Below are positions 18,442 to 26,198 of a DNA stretch of 51,381 nucleotides, one piece after another. Each line of letters opens with the position of its first letter. Positions within the stretch are counted from its first letter, which is position 1. Under the pieces are notes generated by a model that saw only the letters and a program-made list of their open reading frames with translations, had not been told where the DNA came from and ran no database searches. The position numbers were made by a program, and so were the translations under genes. This DNA comes from a virus: positions 1-51,381 of IMG/VR virus record IMGVR_UViG_3300045988_079259; one strand, written 5' to 3'.

Positions 18442-20112
18442 TCAATAAGGTCTTTGTATTACTCTTACCGTCTGCGTCTCAAACGATTGAATGAAGTCTG
18501 AAAGCATTGAGAATGCGTCGGGTACATCGTCATGTGCGTTTCTTCCCGCCATAGTATAACTGCAAAGCATACCGAGCGCGCGTTTATACTCTTTGTTGTT
18601 CTTTGTAACACTATTGTCCTTGAAAAGGAAATGCTCTTTGACAAATGGAGAATCAACTATAATTCGCGTAGCCTTGTTTGCTGTCGAATATTTTGTAGTG
18701 ATTCTTGTTATGCCGCCGCGCGTTTTTACCTCTTTTTGAACCTTTTCCGCGATTTTTCCACCCGCAGAGTTTGATTCAAAACGGCTCAATTTGACTTTGT
18801 GCCGTAAAAGAATCTCGACAAGCCTTGTTTCAACTATTTCGGGATTATTGTTGTCGCAGATTATTTCTTCGATGTAGAAGTCATTGCCGTACTGGTAAGC
18901 AATAGGCATTACGCAGTAGTCCGCTCCTTTGTCCTTTGTGTCGCAAACCGATATGATAGCATCCGGCGAATCCGAGGGAAGTTCAAAATAACGTCTGAGT
19001 TCGTCCTCGTTGTAGAGAAGTCCCTCGCGCTCTATAGGTTGATTCATGAACAAAGCTCGCCACGAGCAGTCGTCAAGGTTGTTTTTCATGTCCTCGAAGT
19101 ACGCCTTGTCAAAGCCGACACCATAGCGGTAATTGAAGTTGCTTTCGCCGTCTTCGTCAACCGCAGGCATTACGAGAAACTGAGCTTTCGGAGAATCCGC
19201 GTACATTGTTTGCAGTCTCCCTATAGGGTCATGCACCGACCATCTTGTAGCAATGTGCAGTTCTTTGCAGTTTAGTTTCTTTCTCGATTTCAAATCGTTC
19301 GTGTAAGCCGTCCAAAGCTTGTCAAGTCGGTCAATGCTCAATGCTTCCTCAATGCCCGACACAAGGTCATCAGCGGTCAGAAGCTTTTCACAACGTGTAG
19401 CACCTGTAAGGGAAGCACCTATAGCACGGCAGGTCAAAGACGAAAACCGGTGTTTCTTGCCGAGGTCTATTGTCTGCTCCTTTGCGTTGGTTATAATCGT
19501 GCCTGCCGCAGGATACACGTCGTGCCATAAATAATCAGGGTCTGACAGAATGCTGTTTACGCCGTCATATATTGAGTTAGTGAGCGTTCCCGAATGTCCC
19601 GAAGCAAGGGAACAGCTGTCGGGAAACGCGCCTATCATCATCGAATGCAGGAAAATTTCAAGCGTGCTTTTGCCGCAACCGGGCGGAACAGATATAGACA
19701 ATATGTCAAGTTCTCCGTCCACAAGCTTTTGCATTGCGCGGCAGACAGGTTCAAGCTGCTTCCTTCGCGGAATCCAGAATCTTTTCTCGGGGTCTCGCTG
19801 AAGCTCTATATACTGCATATAGCTGTCGAGCCTTAATCCTTGCGCTTCAAGCAAAAGCACAGCCTTAAAAAGAGAACTTGCGTCTTTCGATTTATTTTGT
19901 ATAATTCGCTCGGTGCAATATCTCTTCAAAGTCTCGGAATACCGCCACTTTTCAGCGCAGTTATTCATCGAAGACAGCACCGAATACAATGCCGTATAAT
20001 GTTTCATGTTCTCAGGCTCTGCTTTGATGTGAGAAAGAATATTTTCCGCTACGTCAAGATAGCGCCTATCAGTGTGTTCGCCCGCTATTATCTCCGCTTG
20101 CAGTGCTTCCAT
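18442..20112 (-). CDS. terL: terminase large subunit
   Basis: 556 aa with a Walker A-like VPPGCGKST motif and a C-terminal nuclease-sized region. GAGGTGA RBS. Confidence 0.85.
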   Translation of the reverse strand: MEALQAEIIAGEHTDRRYLDVAENILSHIKAEPENMKHYTALYSVLSSMNNCAEKWRYSETLKRYCTERIIQNKSKDASSLFKAVLLLEAQGLRLDSYMQYIELQRDPEKRFWIPRRKQLEPVCRAMQKLVDGELDILSISVPPGCGKSTLEIFLHSMMIGAFPDSCSLASGHSGTLTNSIYDGVNSILSDPDYLWHDVYPAAGTIITNAKEQTIDLGKKHRFSSLTCRAIGASLTGATRCEKLLTADDLVSGIEEALSIDRLDKLWTAYTNDLKSRKKLNCKELHIATRWSVHDPIGRLQTMYADSPKAQFLVMPAVDEDGESNFNYRYGVGFDKAYFEDMKNNLDDCSWRALFMNQPIEREGLLYNEDELRRYFELPSDSPDAIISVCDTKDKGADYCVMPIAYQYGNDFYIEEIICDNNNPEIVETRLVEILLRHKVKLSRFESNSAGGKIAEKVQKEVKTRGGITRITTKYSTANKATRIIVDSPFVKEHFLFKDNSVTKNNKEYKRALGMLCSYTMAGRNAHDDVPDAFSMLSDFIQSFETQTVRVIQRPY

Positions 20113-20491
20113 TCTCGTTCACCTCTTCCGTTCGCCTGAAATAATCACGAAATACAGATTTTATCTTCTGATACCACCTATACTGTACCGTGTGAACAGC
20201 CGCAGAATCATCTATTACCATCCACAAATCAAGATTGCTTTTCCTCTTCCATCCGACCTCAAACGTTTTCGGGATAAAGTCGCATTGAGTGTATACCGTA
20301 ACATTACACGGTTCTTTCAATGCTTTCAGCCCCTCGGCAATCGCCACCATTGTACACCGTATTGAATTCCATCCGGCGATTCTTCCGCTAATGTATTTCT
20401 CATGCTTGCCATACCTCAACAATGTTTGCCAATACCCAATTCCGCTATCTTCGATAAAACCTCCGAAAACGTATATATCGACATATCTCAT
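20069..20491 (-). CDS. RNase HI-like protein with substituted catalytic residues
   Basis: GYWQTLLRYGKHEKYISGRIAGWNSIRCTMVAIAEGLKALKEPCNVTVYTQCDFI aligns by eye to E. coli RNase HI [54 protein letters not shown]. D10, E48 and D70 equivalents read F, T and Q. Overlaps the terL start by 44 nt. Confidence 0.6.
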   Translation of the reverse strand: MRYVDIYVFGGFIEDSGIGYWQTLLRYGKHEKYISGRIAGWNSIRCTMVAIAEGLKALKEPCNVTVYTQCDFIPKTFEVGWKRKSNLDLWMVIDDSAAVHTVQYRWYQKIKSVFRDYFRRTEEVNENGSTASGDNSGRTH

Positions 20492-20962
20492 ACACACCTC
20501 GGAGGTCTTTTTTGTTTTTGCGCGATTTTTTCAAAAGACGCTTAAAACAACAACGGTTCTTTCATACACAATCGTTGAATACAAGGAGAACGAGCATACT
20601 ATAAAAGATTTTATGAATAACAGAAACCTTGAAAAACACAGCATTTGCAGTTCTGAATCGTACGGTGGTATTTCGGGTCTATCTTTCACTTTCGACCGAT
20701 GCTGTTCTAAACGTCTTTTTATTTCTTGCGGATATTTGGGAGACTAACACGCGCCCCACACACAACAGCCGGCAACCACCCGGTGCCGCATACAGGGTAT
20801 CTCTTCCCTGAATTATACAAAATCGCCATTTTGTATAATTTGATATGTGTTTGTCTGGGTGTGTCTGTATGCTCTCATAATGCTTTATACGCTTAACTAA
20901 GTCCTTCCCTGCCCTGTCGGTTAATCCGTGAATATATCGCTCTCGTGGCTTTGTGGCGCGTC

Positions 20963-21592
20963 TCAAGTGTCGCTTATGTCCTTGCTGTCGTATATCTCTA
21001 TTACATCATCAAGTTTTGGCGCATCGATTTGCTCTGTGGGCGTTTGTGCGACCTCCAAGCGGGTATTGTTTGAAAAGCCTTGCGAACTGTTGTTAAGCAA
21101 AAACATCGCGTATACGGGATTGAGAGAGCCGTCAGCACCTTTTTGGACGGTGTTTGCGGCTATGAGCGTCTTCATTCTTTTTATAATTGTAGAATGACGT
21201 TGACCTATACGCGACTTAGTCCCCCACTCTATAAGTGTAACGCGGTCAACTCCGAGAGCAACGGCGAGACTTGCCAACGAGGGGAAAGCGTGGTAACGGC
21301 TGCACCATGTAATATAGTCGTTGCAGCGCTGCTCGACCTCGTCCGCGCTGTCCAGGTCAACAGCCGGCAGCGTCATAAGCTCTTGCAGAGCGGTAAGCGT
21401 ATCGGGGTTTACTTCTGTAAGCGGCGTTCTGGGGTCTGAACATCCGTTTAATTCACACTCCAAACGTTCCCTCGCCGCTATTGCTTTGTTGTGGTTGCTT
21501 GTCTTGCGTCCTTGCTTCTTCCGTTTCTTCGGTTGTTCTACATTTGTAAGTTCTTCCGGCGTCTCAAAATCTGCTATATGCTCAACTTTCAT
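20963..21592 (-). CDS. terS: terminase small subunit
   Basis: 209 aa with a basic N-terminus (KKRKKQGRK) and an HTH-like segment (FPSLASLAVALGVDRVTLIEW). First gene of the late block; GGGAGAAAG RBS. Confidence 0.7.
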   Translation of the reverse strand: MKVEHIADFETPEELTNVEQPKKRKKQGRKTSNHNKAIAARERLECELNGCSDPRTPLTEVNPDTLTALQELMTLPAVDLDSADEVEQRCNDYITWCSRYHAFPSLASLAVALGVDRVTLIEWGTKSRIGQRHSTIIKRMKTLIAANTVQKGADGSLNPVYAMFLLNNSSQGFSNNTRLEVAQTPTEQIDAPKLDDVIEIYDSKDISDT

Positions 21593-21834
21593 TTTGCTTT
21601 CTCCCTTCCGTATAATTTATTATATAACTATATTATAACAATAATATTGTATATTAACATAATCCCATTTATTACTATAATATAACTATATTGGTAATAG
21701 TGATATATTAAGGCTGATTTCCTTCTTCTTTCCTTTTCTTCCTCTCCCCCCCTCCCCCCGGATTGATTATAGCACTAAACTATACGTTTGTCAAGTGTGG
21801 AGCGGGAGTAAATTATGTCTAAAATATTAACGGC

Positions 21835-21862
21835 AAAAAGAAAAGAGGCTTGCACCCCTCTT
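21835..21862 (-). terminator. rho-independent terminator after the RHH gene
   Basis: The minus strand reads AAGAGG-GGTGCAA-CCTCTT followed by TTCTTTTT. Confidence 0.55.
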
Positions 21863-21864
21863 GC

Positions 21865-22188
21865 TTATATAAGACCCTGCAACCGCTTTTTTATTGCCTC
21901 GTCAAAGTCTGATTTGTCCGGCGGCTTGTCCGGCTTTAGCGCATCCGCGACTTTCGCCAGGACTTCCCGCCGCGCTTCTTCTTTCGCCCTTTCTTCTACT
22001 TTTGTAAAATTCTCTATCCCTGCGTAGCTGTCAACCGCTCTTGTGATATAACCATTAAGCGACAGCCCCGCCGCCTTTGCTTTCTCCGTCCACTGGGATT
22101 TTTTGCCTTTTTCCGTCATTAGGTTTATGCGGTCATATGACTGCTTATTGTATTCGTTGTTATACTTAATTTTGTTAAATTCTGCCAT
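21865..22188 (-). CDS. ribbon-helix-helix (Arc/CopG-like) DNA-binding protein
   Basis: 107 aa. The N-terminal pattern KYNNEYNKQSYDRINLMTEKGKKSQWTEKAKAAGLSLNGYITRAV is typical of RHH regulators. Sits divergent to the accessory operon. Confidence 0.6.
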   Translation of the reverse strand: MAEFNKIKYNNEYNKQSYDRINLMTEKGKKSQWTEKAKAAGLSLNGYITRAVDSYAGIENFTKVEERAKEEARREVLAKVADALKPDKPPDKSDFDEAIKKRLQGLI

Positions 22189-22212
22189 TTTTTAATCCTC
22201 CCGTTTTACTAC

Positions 22213-22242
22213 ATTTTAAAACAACATTGCCCCATTTGTCAA
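22213..22242 (-). promoter_or_regulatory. sigma-A type promoter for the RHH gene
   Basis: Minus strand: TTGACA, 18 nt, TAAAAT. Confidence 0.6.
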
Positions 22243-22311
22243 TAGGCATTGTGCATAAAATATTGTCTTAAACATTGTGCAATATTTAACTTAAAATATT
22301 GCTAAATACTA

Positions 22312-22340
22312 TTGACAAGTATTGCGCAATGTGATATAAT
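22312..22340 (+). promoter_or_regulatory. consensus sigma-A promoter (TTGACA-17-TATAAT) with a palindrome ATTGCGCAAT in the spacer
   Basis: ttgacaagtattgcgcaatgtgatataat. Related ATTGTGCA(A)T sites lie at 22247..22256 and 22273..22283. Confidence 0.8.
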
Positions 22341-22405
22341 ATAAGTGTCAAAGGGAGAGCAAAAGCAACTCCCGAAAAAACAAAAAAATCAAGGAGAAAA
22401 GAAAA

Positions 22406-22612
22406 ATGAAAATCATCAACAAAATCACAAGCGAGACAGTAGCAGAAATCCTTGGCGGCAGCAACCTCACACTTGACCAGGCACTCGACCTCATCGGCGC
22501 GGTAAACGTTGACGACATGGACAACGACCTCTACAGCAACGACGGCGACAACATCATCACTCCCGACGGTAAGAGATGGTGGTACGAAAACCTCGACTAC
22601 ATCGCAGACTAA
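22406..22612 (+). CDS. hypothetical small acidic protein
   Basis: 68-aa, Asp-rich ORF with an AAGGAG RBS. First gene after the 22312 promoter. Confidence 0.65.
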   Translation: MKIINKITSETVAEILGGSNLTLDQALDLIGAVNVDDMDNDLYSNDGDNIITPDGKRWWYENLDYIAD

Positions 22613-22615
22613 CCC

Positions 22616-22671
22616 CTCCGCCTGATGAGAGCTGGACGGCGACCAGCCGAAACCCCGCAAGGGGTCGCGGA
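22616..22671 (+). ncRNA. hammerhead self-cleaving ribozyme (type I topology); predicted cleavage after C22666
   Basis: UCCGC-CUGAUGA-G(A)GCUGG-ACGGCGA-CCAGCC-GAA-ACCCC-GCAA-GGGGU-C|GCGGA. The full conserved core is present (C3-A9, G12-A14, A15.1-U16.1, GUC site). Stem III has a GNRA loop, stem II has 6 bp and stem I has 5 bp. Confidence 0.85.
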
Positions 22672-22705
22672 AAGCCAATGAATGAAAAACGAAAGGAATT
22701 AAAAA

Positions 22706-22918
22706 ATGAACACTTACACTATAACTTTTGAACTCACGGAGAACGAGTTAAGACTGCTTAACGCCGCTCTCATCGCAGAAGGAAATGCACTGAGGAGACA
22801 GGCAAAAGCTGAAACTTTTGAACTCTCCGCAGAAATCTGTATAATGCAGAGCAACTTAATGTACGCTCTCTCCGACAAGGTCGAGCGGTACAAGAAAAAT
22901 GCAGGGATTGAGGACTAA
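22706..22918 (+). CDS. hypothetical small protein
   Basis: 70-aa helical ORF with an AAAGGAA RBS. Confidence 0.6.
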   Translation: MNTYTITFELTENELRLLNAALIAEGNALRRQAKAETFELSAEICIMQSNLMYALSDKVERYKKNAGIED

Positions 22919-23008
22919 TCCCTATGCAGAGTGGCGGGAGCAATCCCGTTAATGCGGTCTGGCAGACGGTCACAAACCCCGACAGCTGAAAAGAAAGGAA
23001 CAAAATAA

Positions 23009-23269
23009 ATGAAAAAACTTACGACATTAACTTTAATAATCATGCTCGGTATAGTCTCCTGCTCCCCCATCAAGCAGGAGCGTTACCAGTGCGGTACATA
23101 CGTTACCGTCAACAGCGGCTGCGGCTACATCGTCACCGCCGACGGCAATGTATGGGGCTACTTCAGCCGGTCTATCCCGTCCGGCTCTTCCGTCCTCGTC
23201 ACCATATCCGACGAGGGAACGGAGAAAGTAGAGGACGACGTAATCACAAATGTTGTCCCAAAAAAATAA
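23009..23269 (+). CDS. putative lipoprotein
   Basis: 86 aa. Signal peptide with a lipobox-like LGIVSC (MKKLTTLTLIIMLGIVSCSP). Confidence 0.6.
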   Translation: MKKLTTLTLIIMLGIVSCSPIKQERYQCGTYVTVNSGCGYIVTADGNVWGYFSRSIPSGSSVLVTISDEGTEKVEDDVITNVVPKK

Positions 23270-23288
23270 AAAACTTTTGCAAAACCTA

Positions 23289-23317
23289 TTGACAAATGCG
23301 CCAATGGGTGGTATAAT
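23289..23317 (+). promoter_or_regulatory. consensus sigma-A promoter (TTGACA-17-TATAAT)
   Basis: ttgacaaatgcgccaatgggtggtataat. It is followed by the same leader start (ataagtgt.aaag) as the 22312 promoter. Confidence 0.8.
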
Positions 23318-23360
23318 ATAAGTGTAAAGAGAAGAGCGAAAAAAGCAAAGGAGAAATATC

Positions 23361-23657
23361 ATGAAAAAACAGTATTATGTTTGGTACGGCAATTTCGGGA
23401 ACGTTTACAATCTCTACTGGGCGGAGACCCCCGAACAAATCAAGCTCGCCGAAGAAAACGGCTACACCCGCATCACCCGCCGTCAGGCGGAGAAGCTGTG
23501 CGCCGAGGAAAACAACCGCCGTAAGTTTGACGGCAATTTCTCCTGCTACGCCGACAACCTCATCTTCCCCGTCGATTGCGACGAATGCGAGCGCGACCTG
23601 CTGAACAACCGTAGCCTCTATGTTGATGGCTACATCGTAAACCGCAAAGTCGGCTGA
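23361..23657 (+). CDS. hypothetical protein
   Basis: 98-aa ORF with an AAAGGAG RBS. Confidence 0.6.
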   Translation: MKKQYYVWYGNFGNVYNLYWAETPEQIKLAEENGYTRITRRQAEKLCAEENNRRKFDGNFSCYADNLIFPVDCDECERDLLNNRSLYVDGYIVNRKVG

Positions 23658-23787
23658 GCGACTATAAACAGGGTTCAAGCTCGGTGCGTTCCCTCTTCGG
23701 AGGGAGGTATCAAAATTTAAAAAAATCCCTTACGCATCTATACTTTCTTGTGTAATATGCTCATAGGGAATTATTAGGAGGATTATC

Positions 23788-24534
23788 ATGTCTCATAAAT
23801 TTTATTGCACCATTAATGGTGCTCAGTCATCTTTCACACCCTGTTCCGCGTTCTTCCCGTCTCTCGGAGAAACCGAGAGCGACCGCACATCCGCCTACGT
23901 TGAGGAAATCCGCATCGGCGGCACATCCTACCTCTGCTTGTGGCGGGAGGAGGATGTAGACTTTTTCGCCGACCGCTTCTGGGACGACGGCGAGACAGCT
24001 CCCGAAAGATGGGGTTCGGATGCCGTCTCCGACCTCGCCACTGTCATTTTCGACGACGGCAAGCCGCTCGACCTCTCCTCTTTTCACCCCGTCGGAGATA
24101 TTATTTTCTCCGAATACATCAGGGCGGGCTTAGACGACTACGCTTTCCTTGAGGACGTGGAGGCTACCCTTAACTTCCTCCACGGCACTCCGAGAGCTGC
24201 CGAAGCCGATTCCGTTGTCGACGGTGTTTCTTCTTCGCGCGTTTCAGAGCTGGCAAAGCTGGCGAATGGACAGAATCGCGCGGTACTCTCCGAGCTGACA
24301 CTTGCTCTCTCTCGTCAGCTCCATACTCTCGGCGTTAAGTCATACGCCGATAACTTTACGGAGAGCGATATCCCCACTCTCCGCGAGTTGGCAAAGATGC
24401 CACGCCGATTCTTCGAGCCTCCCACCCTCTTCTGGAGGGATGTGGATGAGGTTTACCCTGATCCACAGGACGACCCGCGTTACGTCTCGATGGACGAGGT
24501 TATCAAAAACATCGTGAAAGGAGAATCAAAATGA
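23788..24534 (+). CDS. hypothetical acidic protein
   Basis: 248-aa Asp/Glu-rich ORF with an AGGAGG RBS. Confidence 0.65.
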   Translation: MSHKFYCTINGAQSSFTPCSAFFPSLGETESDRTSAYVEEIRIGGTSYLCLWREEDVDFFADRFWDDGETAPERWGSDAVSDLATVIFDDGKPLDLSSFHPVGDIIFSEYIRAGLDDYAFLEDVEATLNFLHGTPRAAEADSVVDGVSSSRVSELAKLANGQNRAVLSELTLALSRQLHTLGVKSYADNFTESDIPTLRELAKMPRRFFEPPTLFWRDVDEVYPDPQDDPRYVSMDEVIKNIVKGESK

Positions 24535-24881
24535 TTTATTTCATAAGTACCACAAATCACGAGTGGTGGGGACGCACCCTCGTGGCATTTGAGCATAACG
24601 GTGATTTCCACGTCTCCCCAGCGTTTGAGGGGATGGGAATCACCGCCGACACCGCAAGTGTCACCCTTGACGGCAAGTCTTATCCCGTCGAAACCGACAG
24701 CAATTACGCCGCGGGGTACTTTACGGACGAAGAACTCGCCTTCATGATTCGCTGTCAAGGTGAGTTTGACAGCGGCGAGTGGGACGATGTTCTCACCGAC
24801 GAGCTCGTCAAAAGAGCAGTCATGCAAGACTGCGAAGCGGTTTACCGCAACGCCGCAGACATTCTCGGCGTAGAAATCTAA
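24531..24881 (+). CDS. hypothetical protein
   Basis: 116-aa ORF, ATGA-coupled to the upstream gene. Confidence 0.6.
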   Translation: MIYFISTTNHEWWGRTLVAFEHNGDFHVSPAFEGMGITADTASVTLDGKSYPVETDSNYAAGYFTDEELAFMIRCQGEFDSGEWDDVLTDELVKRAVMQDCEAVYRNAADILGVEI

Positions 24882-24890
24882 GAAGTGAAC

Positions 24891-24936
24891 GAATAAAGCA
24901 TATCTGGTTTGGTATGCTTTATTCGGCATATTTTTA
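24891..24936 (+). terminator. rho-independent terminator
   Basis: 12-bp stem gaataaagcata / tatgctttattc, then ggcatattttt. Confidence 0.6.
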
Positions 24937-24955
24937 TGTATCAGGAGGAACAACC

Positions 24956-25312
24956 ATGCTACTATCAGATTTCCACAGACTCCGCATTGCCGCGGAGGAA
25001 TGCTCATCACTTGATGAGTTTATCGCCGAGGAGGGCGGCAGCCTGCCGGAGGAATGCTATCCTGCCGACGGAAACGGAGACGCTCCAATCAAAATTTTAA
25101 GCATCATCTGGGAGCTGGCGCACGATTTTTGCGCATCAAAAGTCCGTGCCGTCAGCGGCATGACGCAAGCGGAATTCGTCCGCGAGTATCGCATTCCGAG
25201 AAGAACCGTCGATCATTGGGATGTGGACGAGCGAACGCCGCCGTCCTACGTCCTCGAGCTGCTTGCGGCGGATGTTGTATCGGCGAAAATAAAGGAGGTG
25301 ATGGAGGACTAA
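24956..25312 (+). CDS. HTH DNA-binding protein
   Basis: 118 aa from ATG 24956 (AGGAGG RBS). The segment SGMTQAEFVREYRIPRRTVDHWDVDERTPPSYVLELL resembles XRE-type HTH proteins. The longer track ORF start is unsupported. Confidence 0.6.
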   Translation: MLLSDFHRLRIAAEECSSLDEFIAEEGGSLPEECYPADGNGDAPIKILSIIWELAHDFCASKVRAVSGMTQAEFVREYRIPRRTVDHWDVDERTPPSYVLELLAADVVSAKIKEVMED

Positions 25313-25547
25313 AAAATCGGCGAAACGGAAAAGCGGCGTATGCATCGCGACGCTCAGCACGGCAAAGTAACGGCATAGCTAAGTCTGTCGGGAAAAGCGA
25401 AGGAAGAGCAAGGCGAGGCAAAGAATCGAATGGCGAGGCGACGGAATAGAATCGTACTGTATAGTTGGAAATGTCGAGAGGAGCAGTGGGATGGCACTGC
25501 AATCAATAGACGGAAAAGCAGTGAAAAGGAAAAGAAAGGAATAAAAA
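25313..25547 (+). repeat. purine-rich noncoding element, copy 1 (paralog of 36256..36488)
   Basis: T-poor, A/G-rich, and has no ORF with an RBS. It contains 3 copies of ACGGAA and shares the strings gaatcgaatgg, acggaaaagc and acggaataga with copy 2. Confidence 0.6.
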
Positions 25548-26198
25548 ATGGCAGAATTTGTAGCAAAAGAAATGAAAGTTAGATCGACGTTTGTCGAGGA
25601 AGTGTTAGGCTAGTCCCCATCAAGCGAGAAAATCTATAGCGAGTACATAGCAAGCAAAGCACCGGACTCGCTTGACACGGAGGACGAAATAGAAGCAATC
25701 GGAAACGAGGAAGACAGAGGCGTGACAGTCTTCCCAAAACAAGACGGTAAACCCGGCGTTTGGGATTACCAAATCAAAGGCGCGTTTAAGGACGCGTGCG
25801 GAGGTCTTTCCCGCGTCAAAACGACGGAATCAGCCAAAATCAAGGCTTACAAAAAGGTAATTGATAAGCTGATATTTGTCGAGCCGCGTTTCGCGCCGTA
25901 TCAAGTCAACGGCGAACTCGGCATATGCGAGCGACCGCTGAGGACGAGCGGCGCGACGGGAGAAAGAACAGCCCTTGCCGCGTCGGAAACTCTTCCCGCC
26001 GGTTCTTCCGTCGAATTCACAATCCTGCTGTTCGATGAAAAACTCGAACCGGCAGTCCGCGAATGGCTTGATTACGGCAAGTACAGCGGTTTCGGACAGT
26101 GGAGAAATTCCGGAAAAGGAAGACATCTGTGGGACGAACTCGACACAGACGGCAATATAATCGGTGGGAACAATGAGTACGTTAAGACAAAGGAATAA
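25548..26198 (+). pseudogene. hypothetical protein gene interrupted by one in-frame TAG (25611..25613); nonsense mutation or read-through
   Basis: ATG 25548 has an AAAGGAA RBS. After 21 codons comes TAG, and the same frame then continues into the 25722..26198 ORF (SPSSEKIYSEYIASKAPDSL...VTVFPKQDGKPGVWDYQIKG...). Confidence 0.5.

Noticed and set aside
20679-20966. 95-aa minus-strand ORF between terS and the RNase H-like gene
   Set aside because: It has a TTG start, no RBS and highly basic, odd composition. It also reads straight through a 13-bp-arm palindrome and GC-rich hairpins. It is kept only as part of the unexplained-spacer finding.
22286-22678. 130-aa minus-strand ORF
   Set aside because: It overlaps a consensus plus-strand promoter, a plus-strand gene with an RBS and the hammerhead. 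The Val/Asp-rich sequence is a typical antisense artefact.
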